DNA from: Verrucomicrobiota bacterium
Lineage (GTDB): Bacteria > Verrucomicrobiota > Verrucomicrobiia > Opitutales > Seribacteraceae
Length of the DNA: 25,263 nt
Assembly (NCBI GenBank): GCA_027622665.1
Contig: JAQBYT010000049.1
Coordinates: 1 to 25,263 of the forward strand
Direction of reading: 5' to 3'
Shown: piece after piece, positions 9,657-18,806 of the stretch
Position numbering within the stretch: position 1 is the first letter of the stretch
How the letters are laid out: the number at the start of each line of letters is the position of its first letter
Made by a program: the position numbers and the translations under genes
The notes under the pieces: generated by a model
Seen by the model: the letters and a program-made list of their open reading frames with translations, nothing else
The model's database searches: none
Told to the model about the DNA's origin: nothing

Positions 9657-9710
9657 TGGTAGCAGAGGGCGGAATTGAACCGCCGACAAAAGGCTTATGA
9701 GTCCTCTGCT
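9657..9710 (-). tRNA. 3' fragment of tRNA with CAT anticodon (likely tRNA-Ile2, or Met); att-like remnant
   Basis: Minus strand reads AGCAGAGGACT-CAT-AAGCCTTTTGTCGGCGGTTCAATTCCGCCCTCTGCTACCA, giving an anticodon arm, a T arm (GGCGG-TTCAATT-CCGCC) and CCA. The 5' acceptor strand and D arm are absent. Confidence 0.85.
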
Positions 9711-9810
9711 TAACAAGAAAACACGAAAGATCATTAGGCTGAATGGTCTAGCGGTGTGTCAACATCCGACTGTTTAGATTACTTCATGAAAATCAACCGT
9801 TGGTTCATCT

Positions 9811-10542
9811 ATGACGAATAATCAAATCAAGCGACTGCAAAACGAAATCCTTCGTGGCAGTCCATTCGATACCGCGAGATTGCAGAAGCTTGGCATCTCG
9901 ACGGCGCTTGCACACCGCTATGTTAAATCGGGTTGGCTTGATAAGCTCGGCCGAGGAATCTTCATGTTTCCAGGTGATGTTCTCAACCTGGAAACCACTC
10001 TCTGTTTTCTGGAGCAGAAGGATCCGGCTCTCCATGTCGCAGTCAAAACCGCTCTGGACTGGCGTGGGTTTCGTCACAACCTGGCTTATGACGAAAAGCT
10101 GATCCTGTGGGGATCTCGGCCAAGTGGCTTACCTGACTGGTTCCAGAATTACTTTCCTAACCGCTACAGCGCATCTCAGCTATTCGATGATAAACTGCCA
10201 TCGGGCTATGGAGTGTCTCCACTAACACAAACTCCGGATGGACCGCAGGTTTCCGAACCGGAACGCGCACTACTTGAAATGCTCAGCGAAGTCGGCGTGC
10301 ATCAGGAAGTCGATGAAGCGCGCCATATCATGGAGAGCGTTCGCCAGCTCCGCACAGCAACCCTCTGCCGCTTGCTAGAGTCTTGTCGCATGGTGAAAGC
10401 GGTAAGACTTTGCGTCGGTTGGGCAAAGGAACTGGAACTTCCATGGGCCACTCAGGCCCGTGAAGCGGCCAAAGGAAAAATGGGCACCGGTCGATGGGTC
10501 ACGCGTCTCAAGGATGGAAGCACACTCATACTCAAACCATGA
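9811..10542 (+). CDS. abiEi: Type IV toxin-antitoxin antitoxin, AbiEi family
   Basis: 243 aa with an N-terminal wHTH ('LGISTALAHRYVKSGWLDKLGRGIF'), 'HVAVKTAL.W.G', 'VSEPERALLEML' and 'C..VKAVRL'. ATGA overlap with the downstream toxin. Confidence 0.88.
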   Translation: MTNNQIKRLQNEILRGSPFDTARLQKLGISTALAHRYVKSGWLDKLGRGIFMFPGDVLNLETTLCFLEQKDPALHVAVKTALDWRGFRHNLAYDEKLILWGSRPSGLPDWFQNYFPNRYSASQLFDDKLPSGYGVSPLTQTPDGPQVSEPERALLEMLSEVGVHQEVDEARHIMESVRQLRTATLCRLLESCRMVKAVRLCVGWAKELELPWATQAREAAKGKMGTGRWVTRLKDGSTLILKP

Positions 10543-11453
10543 TGAAGAACGCCTACATCGACACGGTCAGGCTACTTCTGGATATTTCACCAGATGTCTT
10601 CAATAGTGGAGTCTTCGCGTTAAAAGGCGGCACAGCAATCAACCTTTTCCTGCAAGACATGCCGCGCTTGTCTGTCGATCTAGACCTCGTCTATGTGGAT
10701 CATGAGACACCATGTGAAAAGGTGCTGGATTTGATCAATGCCACTCTGAACAGTGCCGCCGAACGGCTTGAGTCACGCGGCATGCAGTGCCAGCGCGGGG
10801 CGAGTGCCGAAGAAACGAAATTGTTTATCGAGTCCAATCAGGTCCGCTTGAAAATCGAAGCCAACCATGTCTTTCGCGGATCCCTACTACCCGCCGTTTC
10901 GATGCCGCTCTGTGAGAAGGCTCAAAACCTGTTTTTTACCGACATCGAGTTACCATTACTGCAGTCCCATGAAATCTACGGAAGCAAGCTTGTCGCAGCC
11001 ATGGACAGACAGCACCCCAGGGACTTGTTCGACGTGCTGGCTATGTATGACTCAGTTGGTCTCACCCCGGATATTGTAGAGTGCTTTGTCGCCTACCTCG
11101 CTGGCCACAACCGCCCTGTGCATGAGGTGCTGTTTGCCAACCAACTCGATCTAACCAAAGCCTACAAAAATGAGTTTGTTGGTATGACGAAACAAGCGGT
11201 TTCAATCGAGCAGCTCATACAGATTCGCTCAAAGTTATTTGAGGAGCTTCCAGCTGCACTAACAAAAGATCACCGTCATTTCCTCCTTGGGCTCTTACAG
11301 TGCAACCCCGACTGGTCCTTGATGTCCTGCCATCATCTCAAAGACATGCCCGCGATCAGATGGAAATCCTCCAACCTAGAGCGCCTCAAAAAAGCCAACC
11401 CGAACAAGTTTAGATCTCAACATCACGAGCTAAAAGAACGCTTGAATGGATAA
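10539..11453 (+). CDS. abiEii: AbiEii/AbiGii nucleotidyltransferase toxin
   Basis: 'FALKGGTAINLF...PRLSVDLDL' and 'YGSKLVAAMDRQHPRDLFDV'. ATG at 10539 overlaps the antitoxin stop. Confidence 0.92.
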   Translation: MMKNAYIDTVRLLLDISPDVFNSGVFALKGGTAINLFLQDMPRLSVDLDLVYVDHETPCEKVLDLINATLNSAAERLESRGMQCQRGASAEETKLFIESNQVRLKIEANHVFRGSLLPAVSMPLCEKAQNLFFTDIELPLLQSHEIYGSKLVAAMDRQHPRDLFDVLAMYDSVGLTPDIVECFVAYLAGHNRPVHEVLFANQLDLTKAYKNEFVGMTKQAVSIEQLIQIRSKLFEELPAALTKDHRHFLLGLLQCNPDWSLMSCHHLKDMPAIRWKSSNLERLKKANPNKFRSQHHELKERLNG

Positions 11454-11562
11454 CTCCGAACTTACCTATCACGGGGGCCAAGACCACTAGGCGAATAGGT
11501 TTAAACGTTTTACCCTCTTTTTTTCAAAGCCATCGAAAACGGTAGAAAACACCTTCTCCATA

Positions 11563-14403
11563 TTAAGCCAGGATCTGATCTAGCACGTATGGGAGGATGC
11601 CGCCGGCATTGTAGTAATCGACGTCGGCTGGCGTATCGAGGCGGACTTTGAGTGGGATCCCGATCTTGCTGCCATCAGGCTTGATGGCGGTGAGCGTAGC
11701 CAACTGCATCGGTTTGAGTTCCCCGGCGATGCCGGTGATGTCGAAGGTGGCGTCGGTGAGATCCTTGACCTTGTCGTAGTCGGCCTTGTCGATGAAGTTG
11801 CAGGGGAGGACGCCCATGCCGATGAGGTTGGAGCGGTGGATGCGCTCGAAGGATTTGGTAACAACCGCTTTGACGCCGAGCAGGCGGGTGCCTTTGGCTG
11901 CCCAGTCGCGGGATGATCCCATGCCGTAGTCCTCGCCGCCGATGGCGATGAGGGGAGTGCCTTCTTCCTGGTAGGCCATGCAGGCATCGTAAATGAAGGT
12001 TGGCATCGCTCCGCTGTAGGATTCGATGGCGACGTCAGGTAACGGGACGGATTTTCCGCCGAAGTATTGGGTGTAGCCACCTTCGATGCCGGGGCACATG
12101 AGGTTTTTGATACGGACGTTGGCGAAGGTGCCGCGGGTCATGACGCGGTCGTTTCCACGGCGTGCGCCGTAGGAGTTGAAGGAGGCTTTGTCGACGCCGT
12201 TGGCGAGTAGGTATTGGCCGGCTGGGGAGGTATCCTTGATCGCTCCGGCGGGGGAGATGTGGTCGGTGGTGACGGAATCTCCGAAGATTCCCAGCGGGCG
12301 GGCGCCGGTGATGTCTTCGCTGGCTCCGATTTTCGTATCGAAGAATGGCGGTGACTGCACGTAGGTGGATTTCTCATCCCATGCATAGGTGTCGCCGGTC
12401 GAGCCTTTGATCTCGCCCCATTTCGGGTTCGCGGTATCGACGTTTCCGTAGAGTTTCGCGTAAACCTCGGGTTTGAGGGCGGCATCGATCAGTTTGCGGA
12501 TTTCCGCTTGGGATGGCCAGAGGTCTTTGAGAAAAACGGGGTTGCCTGTCTTGTCGTTTCCGAGCGGCTCGGAGGTGAGGTCGATATCGATGCGGCCGGC
12601 GAGGGCGTATGCGACGACGAGGGGCGGTGACATGAGGAAGTTCGATTTGATCGATCCATGGATGCGAGCCTCGAAGTTCCGGTTTCCGGAAAGGACGGAG
12701 GCGCAGACAAGGTTTCCTTCGTTGATCGCTCCCTCAATGGCGGGATGAAGCGGGCCGGAGTTTCCGATGCAGGTGGTGCAGCCGTATCCGACGGTTTCGA
12801 AACCGAGTTTATCCAGCTCCGCCGAGAGGCCGGTTGTATTCAGGTAATCGGTGACGACGCGGGAGCCGGGTCCGAGCGAGGTTTTTACGAATGGAGCGAC
12901 GGTAAGGCCGAGTGCGTTGGCTGCCTTCGCGACCAGACCGGCGGCGAGCATGACGCTGGGGTTCGAGGTGTTGGTGCAGGAGGTGATTGCTGCGATGAGA
13001 ACGGAGCCGTGGCGGATTTCCGTGCTGATCGGATCGAAGGCTTCCTTGGCGAGAACCGGCTGCGAGGTGGGCCGGTTGGTGGTCCTCTCGGCTTTGTCGT
13101 GGGCATCGCCGGGTGCGACATTCTCAAGGAGCGAGCCGACGGCGTAACCGGCTGGCTCCGGCATCTCGACGGAGACAGTGATGTCCCGCTGGTCCGCACT
13201 GAGGCCGAAGCCGCCATCCGAGGGGCTTGCTGTGAAAAGTTTGTTGAAGCTGTCGCGGAGATCGGGAACGTCGATGCGGTCCTGCGGGCGTTTTGGGCCG
13301 GCGACGGCGGGAACGATCGTGGAGAGATCGAGTTCGAGATCGTCAGTATAAACGCAATCGCCCTTATCGGGGATCCCAAAGAGGCCTTGCGCCTTGTAGT
13401 AGTTCTCGATGGTTTTGCAGAGTTCCTCGGAACGGCCGGTGCCGCGGAGGTAGTTGATCGTTTCGTCGTCGACGGGGAAAAAGCCCATGGTCGCGCCGTA
13501 TTCGGGAGCCATGTTGGCGATGGTGGCGCGGTCGGGGAGGGAGAGCGCGGTGGTGCCAGGACCGAAGAATTCGACGAACTTGCCGACGACGCCGTGGGAG
13601 CGGAGGATTTCCGTGACACGCAGCGTGAGGTCGGTGGCGGTGACGCCTTCGGCGAGCGAGCCGTGGAGGTAGACGCCGACGACTTCGGGCACGAGGAAGG
13701 TGACGGGTTGGCCGAGCATTCCGGCTTCAGCTTCGATGCCGCCGACACCCCAGCCGACGACTCCGAGGCCGTTGATCATGGTGGTGTGGGAGTCTGTGCC
13801 GACGAGCGTGTCCGGGTAGTAGGTACCGTCCTTGGAAAGCACGCCTTTCGCAAGATATTCGAGGTTTACCTGGTGGACGATGCCGATGCCGGGAGGCACG
13901 ACGGAAAAGGTATCAAAGGCCTGCTGGCCCCATTTGAGAAATTCGTAGCGCTCGCGGTTGCGGATGAATTCGATCGCCATGTTGCGGTCGAGCGCGGACT
14001 GGGAACCGGCGAAATCGGCTTGGACCGAATGGTCAACGACCAGATCGACGGGCACCAGAGGTTCGATTCTTGAGGCATCGGCACCACGTGCGACAGCGGC
14101 ATCGCGCATCGCGGCGACATCGACGAGAAGCGGGACGCCGGTGAAATCCTGGAGGACGATGCGGGCGACGGTAAAAGGGATTTCGTATTCGCCCGGGTTT
14201 TTCGCATCGTAGTTAGCGAGGTTTTTCACATCCGCTTCGGTGACTTTGCGGTCATCCACATTGCGGAGCAATGATTCGAGCACGATGCGGATCGAGACCG
14301 GAAGCTTGGAAAGATTTGGAAAGCCGTCTTCTGCGAGTGCGGGAAGGGAGTGGAGTTTGCCCTCGGCTCCGGAGCCGGTGGTGAAAGTGCGGATGTAACT
14401 CAT
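11563..14403 (-). CDS. acnA: Aconitate hydratase A
   Basis: '[15 protein letters not shown]', 'LQDFTGVP', 'DSHTTM', '[11 protein letters not shown]', '[12 protein letters not shown]', 'NRNFEARIH', 'TTDHISPAG' and '[10 protein letters not shown]'. The likely start is the ATG at 14403 (MSYIRTF). Confidence 0.97.
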   Translation of the reverse strand: MSYIRTFTTGSGAEGKLHSLPALAEDGFPNLSKLPVSIRIVLESLLRNVDDRKVTEADVKNLANYDAKNPGEYEIPFTVARIVLQDFTGVPLLVDVAAMRDAAVARGADASRIEPLVPVDLVVDHSVQADFAGSQSALDRNMAIEFIRNRERYEFLKWGQQAFDTFSVVPPGIGIVHQVNLEYLAKGVLSKDGTYYPDTLVGTDSHTTMINGLGVVGWGVGGIEAEAGMLGQPVTFLVPEVVGVYLHGSLAEGVTATDLTLRVTEILRSHGVVGKFVEFFGPGTTALSLPDRATIANMAPEYGATMGFFPVDDETINYLRGTGRSEELCKTIENYYKAQGLFGIPDKGDCVYTDDLELDLSTIVPAVAGPKRPQDRIDVPDLRDSFNKLFTASPSDGGFGLSADQRDITVSVEMPEPAGYAVGSLLENVAPGDAHDKAERTTNRPTSQPVLAKEAFDPISTEIRHGSVLIAAITSCTNTSNPSVMLAAGLVAKAANALGLTVAPFVKTSLGPGSRVVTDYLNTTGLSAELDKLGFETVGYGCTTCIGNSGPLHPAIEGAINEGNLVCASVLSGNRNFEARIHGSIKSNFLMSPPLVVAYALAGRIDIDLTSEPLGNDKTGNPVFLKDLWPSQAEIRKLIDAALKPEVYAKLYGNVDTANPKWGEIKGSTGDTYAWDEKSTYVQSPPFFDTKIGASEDITGARPLGIFGDSVTTDHISPAGAIKDTSPAGQYLLANGVDKASFNSYGARRGNDRVMTRGTFANVRIKNLMCPGIEGGYTQYFGGKSVPLPDVAIESYSGAMPTFIYDACMAYQEEGTPLIAIGGEDYGMGSSRDWAAKGTRLLGVKAVVTKSFERIHRSNLIGMGVLPCNFIDKADYDKVKDLTDATFDITGIAGELKPMQLATLTAIKPDGSKIGIPLKVRLDTPADVDYYNAGGILPYVLDQILA

Positions 14404-14484
14404 AGATTTGATGTTTCTGGGGGAGATTCTGTGCCGGCGGAGTTGAGACCGCGTTGCTAATAGGAATTTACTTTTTGGCGGCGA

Positions 14485-14556
14485 GTCAAGGGCATACGCG
14501 GTTTTCCCCGAAGCTGTCGCACCACAGACGTAAACAGGTGCGGGAAGTTCTGACAT
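14485..14556 (-). pseudogene. miaA: 5' stub of tRNA dimethylallyltransferase
   Basis: '[24 protein letters not shown]' matches the MiaA N-terminal P-loop (GxTASGKT); the rest of the gene is absent. Confidence 0.65.
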
Positions 14557-14573
14557 GGATAGACTTCAAGCAA

Positions 14574-15657
14574 GGCGGATTCAAGATGCTAAAGAATAAA
14601 AAGTTCGGAAGTGTTGGATGATCTGTAACCGTTGTTTTTAAGACAAAACGACAAGATGCAGAAAACAACCCAACACCTCTGCGCGGAACATCGTGGAGTG
14701 ATTTATCGAATGAAGAAAGCGGGAAAAAACAGTGCGAGATAGCCGAGGCGATTGGCTTTAGCCAATCTACCATTAGCAAAGAACTCTCCCGCAACTCTGG
14801 ACAGCGCTGCTATCGAGAAAACAGGATCAAACCAAAGCGGCTTAAAGAAAAAAATCTAAAGCCATCGTTCGCGAGTTATTAAAGGAAAGCTTGAGGGAAA
14901 AATCCGGGAGCGTCTCTTGCGCAAACACAGCCCTGAACAAATCAGTGGGGCTTTGCGCCGGGAAAAAACCGAAGTGAGCCACGAAACCATCTACACCCAC
15001 ATTCGTGCGGACAAGAAGCAGGGGGGAAGACTCTACCAAAACCTTCGGATTAACTCAAAGCGTCGCTACCGCCGCCGCGCAAAAGCCGGGCGAGTGGGTA
15101 AAACCCCTGATCGCACGAGCATTCAAGAGCGGCCAAAAGTGGTGAATGATCGTAGCCGCCACGGAGACGGGGAAGTGGATTTGATCGAAGGGAGCAAAGG
15201 TAGTGGGTTCATCCTGAGTCTTTACGAGCGCAAAAGCAGGCTCGGCAAACTGGTGAAACTTGAATCGAAAGGATCGGAGCAACCCGCAGCAGCGATCATC
15301 GCAACCCTAAAGCCTTATCGAAGCAAAACGCTCACCTACGACAACGGCTTAGAATTTTCGCGTCATCTCGAAGTGAGCAAAGCATTGAAAGCCAAAGGCT
15401 ACTTCTGTGCGCCCTACCATTCTTGGGAGAAGGGAGGGGTTGAAAATTCCAATGACTTGGTGCGTCAATACTATCCGAAAGGAAGTAGCTTCGCGGCGTT
15501 GAGCCAAGAAGCGCTGCAAGCCACCGAAGCAGAACTCAACGAACGGCCGCGTAAAATTCTAGGCTACAAATCACCATCGGAAATAGAAACAAAACTAGCA
15601 GCGTGAATGATCAAAAATTCCATCGCTGAAATTATTCCTTAGAACTTTGAATTTACG
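14574..15657 (+). mobile_element. IS30-family insertion sequence (decayed)
   Basis: Imperfect 26-bp IRs at 14574-14599 (GGCGGATTCAAGATGCTAAAGAATAA) and 15632-15657 (reverse complement CGTAAATTCAAAGTTCTAAGGAATAA), 18/26 identical. Flanked by AA on both sides (possible 2-bp target duplication); 1084 bp long. Confidence 0.85.
14656..15606 (+). pseudogene. IS30 transposase, frameshifted
   Basis: N-terminal HTH 'EIAEAIGFSQSTISKELSRN' is out of frame with the ATG at 14656 and is cut off from the core by a stop. Core reads 'SPEQISG...VSHETIY...GD.EVDLIEG...TYDNGLEF...PYHSWEKGGVEN.N..VRQYYPKG...LNERPRKILGYKSP'. Confidence 0.9.
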
Positions 15658-15708
15658 AAAGATGAAGAAGGGGTTTGCCACCCCTTTCTTTCCGAATGAC
15701 CCTCAGGC

Positions 15709-17166
15709 ATGGGGATTTCCTTCGACAACACCTACGCCCAACTGCCGGATCGGTTCTTTTCAAAACAAGCCCCGGCGATGCCCCCGGAGCCACGTTTGCT
15801 CAGGCTGAACCGGGCGCTGGCGGCAGAACTTGGAATCAGCGAGGACTGGCTCGATTCAGGCTCAGCTCTCGACACGTTTTCAGGAAACCAAGTCCCGAAC
15901 GGCGCCGAACCAATCGCGCAGGCATACGCCGGACACCAGTTTGGAGGCTTCGTTCCGCAGCTTGGCGATGGACGTGCCCTGCTGCTCGGCGAGGTCGTGG
16001 ATACGAAGGGAAATCGCCGCGACATCCAGCTGAAAGGGTCGGGCCGCACGGCCTTCTCGCGGGGCGGCGATGGCAAATCCGCGCTCGGACCGGTGCTGCG
16101 TGAATACCTCGTCAGCGAGGCGATGCAAGCGCTTGGCGTCCCGACCACCCGAGCTCTCGCAGCGGTATCTACTGGAGAAATCGTAGTTCGCGAGGAACCG
16201 ACACCCGGAGGAGTTTTCACCAGAGTCGCGACCAGCCACATCCGCGTCGGAACATTCCAGTATTTCGCTGCCAGGCAGGATACCGAAGCGATCCAATTAC
16301 TCACCGACTATTGCATCACGCGCCATTACCAAGATGCCGAGGATGATGAGAATCCCGCGTTGTCATTTCTTAAACAGGTCATCGAAGCCCAAGCAAAGCT
16401 CGTCGCGAAATGGCTGCCTCTCGGCTTCATCCACGGCGTGATGAACACCGACAACTGTGCGATTTCAGGCGAGACGATCGATTACGGCCCCTGTGCCTTC
16501 ATGGACGATTTTCACCCGGATTGCGTTTTTAGTTATATCGATAAAAATGCCCGCTACGCCTGGGGAAAACAACCGACCATCGCCCACTGGAACCTGACCC
16601 GCCTCGCGGAAACCCTGCTGCCTATTCTCGATCCGTTGCCGGAAAAAGCCAAGGAACTGGCGCAGGATGCCTTGGGACAATTCAACAGCCGTTTCCAGCC
16701 TCTGTATCTGAACGGTTTCAGGGAAAAGCTCGGCCTCGCGACGGAGGACGGCTTGGATTCCAGCGCAGCCTTTATCAAGACCACCCTCGGAACTCTCACG
16801 AAAGAAGAGGTCGATTTTACCCTGTTCTTCAGGCACCTGACGCTTCTCGCGGCAGGAGACACTCGCTCCGAGCTGGTCGATCTGTTCAAGAACAACGGAG
16901 CCGCAGAGCGATGGATCAAAGATTGGCAGGCTTTCAAAAAACCGTCGGATCACGTGGAGAAAATGAGGACCCGCAATCCTATCCTCATCCCCCGCAATCA
17001 TCGCATCGAACAAGCCATCCAAGCGGCCTACAATCAAAACTTCACCCTCTTCCACCGTCTCGCCGACGGCCTGGCGCACCCTTACGATGAGAATCCGAAA
17101 TACTCCGATCTCGAAGCCGCCCCCCTGCCCCACGAGCGGGTGCGGAATACGTTCTGCGGGACGTGA
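15709..17166 (+). CDS. selO: Protein adenylyltransferase SelO (YdiU family)
   Basis: 485 aa with 'AYAGHQFG', 'QLGDGRA', 'IQLKGSGRT.FSRGGDG', 'GFIHGVMNTDN', 'IDYGPCAFMD' and C-terminal 'TFCGT'. Confidence 0.96.
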   Translation: MGISFDNTYAQLPDRFFSKQAPAMPPEPRLLRLNRALAAELGISEDWLDSGSALDTFSGNQVPNGAEPIAQAYAGHQFGGFVPQLGDGRALLLGEVVDTKGNRRDIQLKGSGRTAFSRGGDGKSALGPVLREYLVSEAMQALGVPTTRALAAVSTGEIVVREEPTPGGVFTRVATSHIRVGTFQYFAARQDTEAIQLLTDYCITRHYQDAEDDENPALSFLKQVIEAQAKLVAKWLPLGFIHGVMNTDNCAISGETIDYGPCAFMDDFHPDCVFSYIDKNARYAWGKQPTIAHWNLTRLAETLLPILDPLPEKAKELAQDALGQFNSRFQPLYLNGFREKLGLATEDGLDSSAAFIKTTLGTLTKEEVDFTLFFRHLTLLAAGDTRSELVDLFKNNGAAERWIKDWQAFKKPSDHVEKMRTRNPILIPRNHRIEQAIQAAYNQNFTLFHRLADGLAHPYDENPKYSDLEAAPLPHERVRNTFCGT

Positions 17167-17397
17167 GGAATGACGGATTACCCAGCAACGCAACTTGTGC
17201 TATTTCTAGACGATGGAAGCAATCCTCATCGAACTGATAGGAATTTCCATCACTACTTTGCTTGCTGTGGCGCACTACGGGGGCATCAGGATCTGTAAGA
17301 CTGAGCATTTGTTTGTTCTTACGCTTGAATATTTATACTCCAAGTTGACTATGCCTAACCGCTTGACTTCGAGAGTAATCGTATAATCCTTCAATGG

Positions 17398-17634
17398 ATG
17401 ACTACGCCGACTGAGGAAAATTTCAAATACTATAAGAAAGCCGAAACGAAGGCGCTCGAAATCCTAGCTGAGATGAAGGCGACCACGCCTAGAAAAATAG
17501 ACATTGAGCTCGCGCTCCTCGTCGCGTTTTTCGAGCTGCACAAAGACGCGATGCCCGCCGGGCAGATCGGCAAAATAGTGCAAGGCCACCTTAACCAAGT
17601 TGTGCCTTATTACACCACACAGCCGCCGGAATAA
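17398..17634 (+). CDS. Small helical hypothetical protein (78 aa)
   Basis: Clean ORF with protein-like composition ('DIELALLVAFFELHK'); TATAAT lies just upstream. Confidence 0.65.
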   Translation: MTTPTEENFKYYKKAETKALEILAEMKATTPRKIDIELALLVAFFELHKDAMPAGQIGKIVQGHLNQVVPYYTTQPPE

Positions 17635-17752
17635 TCTTGAGCTAGACAGACCAAAAGGGGGCATCTTTGTTAGCCTCCGGAGTCGTCACATTACCTCTCA
17701 TTTGATCCATTTTAGCCTCGTCCAATTTCCCATCCCGGATTTACCTCCCTCC

Positions 17753-18106
17753 ATACCCGACGTCCTGCAAGCCACCGCAAAGGCCCTCAATCTCGACGCC
17801 TACAAAAAACACGTCTTCCTCTGCGCCACTCCTGCCGGAGCCAAATGCTGCGCTTATGACGAAGGCATGGCCTCGTGGCAATTCCTTAAAAAACGCCTCA
17901 CCGAACTCAAACTCTGCGGCCCCCAAGCCCTCGTTCATCCCACCAATACCGACTACCTCCGCATCTGCACCCGTCGTCCCATCGCAGTCATTTACCCCGA
18001 TGCCACCAGGTATCATTCCTGTACCTCGGAAAATCTGGAGCACATCATTCAGGAAGATCTCATTGGCGGTAAGCCTGTCCTCGATCTGCAAATCACAACG
18101 GAATAG
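17753..18106 (+). pseudogene. Thioredoxin-like (2Fe-2S) ferredoxin, degenerate
   Basis: 'HVFLC...KCC...SWQFLKKRL.EL...YLRIC..PIAVIYPD..YHSCT.ENLE.IIQE.LIGG.PV'. The expected third Cys reads Y and the start position reads ATA. Confidence 0.7.
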
Positions 18107-18155
18107 GGGTTCGACACAAGGACATAGGTAACAGCAGAAATAAGAGCAGAAACAA

Positions 18156-18175
18156 GGGTCATGTCATTACCTTTG
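18156..18175 (+). repeat. Candidate terminal repeat of the RAYT-type element (left end)
   Basis: GGGTCATGTCATTACCTTTG upstream of the RAYT start; similar to GGTCATTTCGTAATGTTTTG at the 3' end of the second copy. Confidence 0.45.
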
Positions 18176-18222
18176 TGGTTGATGTAAAGGCTATATTCTC
18201 CTCCGTTCTTAAGCCATAAGCC

Positions 18223-18740
18223 ATGGCACGCAGTTTACGTATCGAGAAGGCGTATGGCGTGTATCACGTGATCAATCGGGGTAAATACCGTCAGATTTGT
18301 TTATCAATGAGGGAGCGCATTTAGCGTTTGAGCGCTGTTTGTTTGAGGCTTGTGAGAAATGCGCTTGGGTGCTGGAGGGGTATTGTGTGATGACGAATCA
18401 TTTCCATCTGGTGATCCGCACGCCGGGGGCAATTTGGTGTATTGAATAAAGTGGCTGCAATCGATCCGGCAACCGCCGGACGAATCGCTACCATCATTAT
18501 CGCAAAGTGCATGGCAAGCTGTTCCAAGGGCGCTATAAGAGTTTGATCGTCGAAGAGGAGAGTTATTTGGGTGCTTTGTTGCATTATGCGCACTTGAATC
18601 CGGTGCGGGCTGGGATGCGCACCGTGATTGAATTGAAGTGGGAGTTGTTTCTGGAGCGAGGGCTTGCGGAGCTCGGTAAAGATACAGTTGCGATCACGAA
18701 CGACAGCGGCTATCGCAAAACTACAGCATGGTTGTCGTAG
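18223..18740 (+). pseudogene. RAYT / IS200-like HUH Y1 transposase remnant
   Basis: 'MARSLRIEKAYGVYHVINRG', HUH 'YCVMTNHFHLVIRTP', 'GKLFQGRYKSLIVE' and 'HYAHLNPVRAGM'. Several frameshifts and an internal deletion after the NPVRAG motif. Confidence 0.88.
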
Positions 18741-18806
18741 ACTGTGCGCCAAACGACCCATTACCGGAGCTGTTAAGATCTCAATCCAAACCCTGAAAGC
18801 GAAAAC

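Noticed and set aside
9657..9735. Complete functional tRNA gene
   Set aside because: Sequence beyond 9710 cannot form a D arm or pair with the acceptor stem.
12658..14073. 471-aa ORF antisense to acnA, and similar long overlapping ORFs elsewhere
   Set aside because: These are shadow ORFs caused by GC-rich codon bias of well-supported genes and have no recognisable motifs.
11563..14556. 997-aa AcnA as the native protein
   Set aside because: AcnA similarity begins near 14403; the extension is a miaA stub plus leader DNA.
17155..17200. Selenocysteine read-through at the selO TGA
   Set aside because: TFCGT-stop is an ordinary bacterial SelO terminus and no SECIS is evident.
18700..18796. Possible proline-racemase C-terminal remnant (VVDCAPNDPLPE) upstream of acnX
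   Set aside because: Too short and too weak to support without a search.
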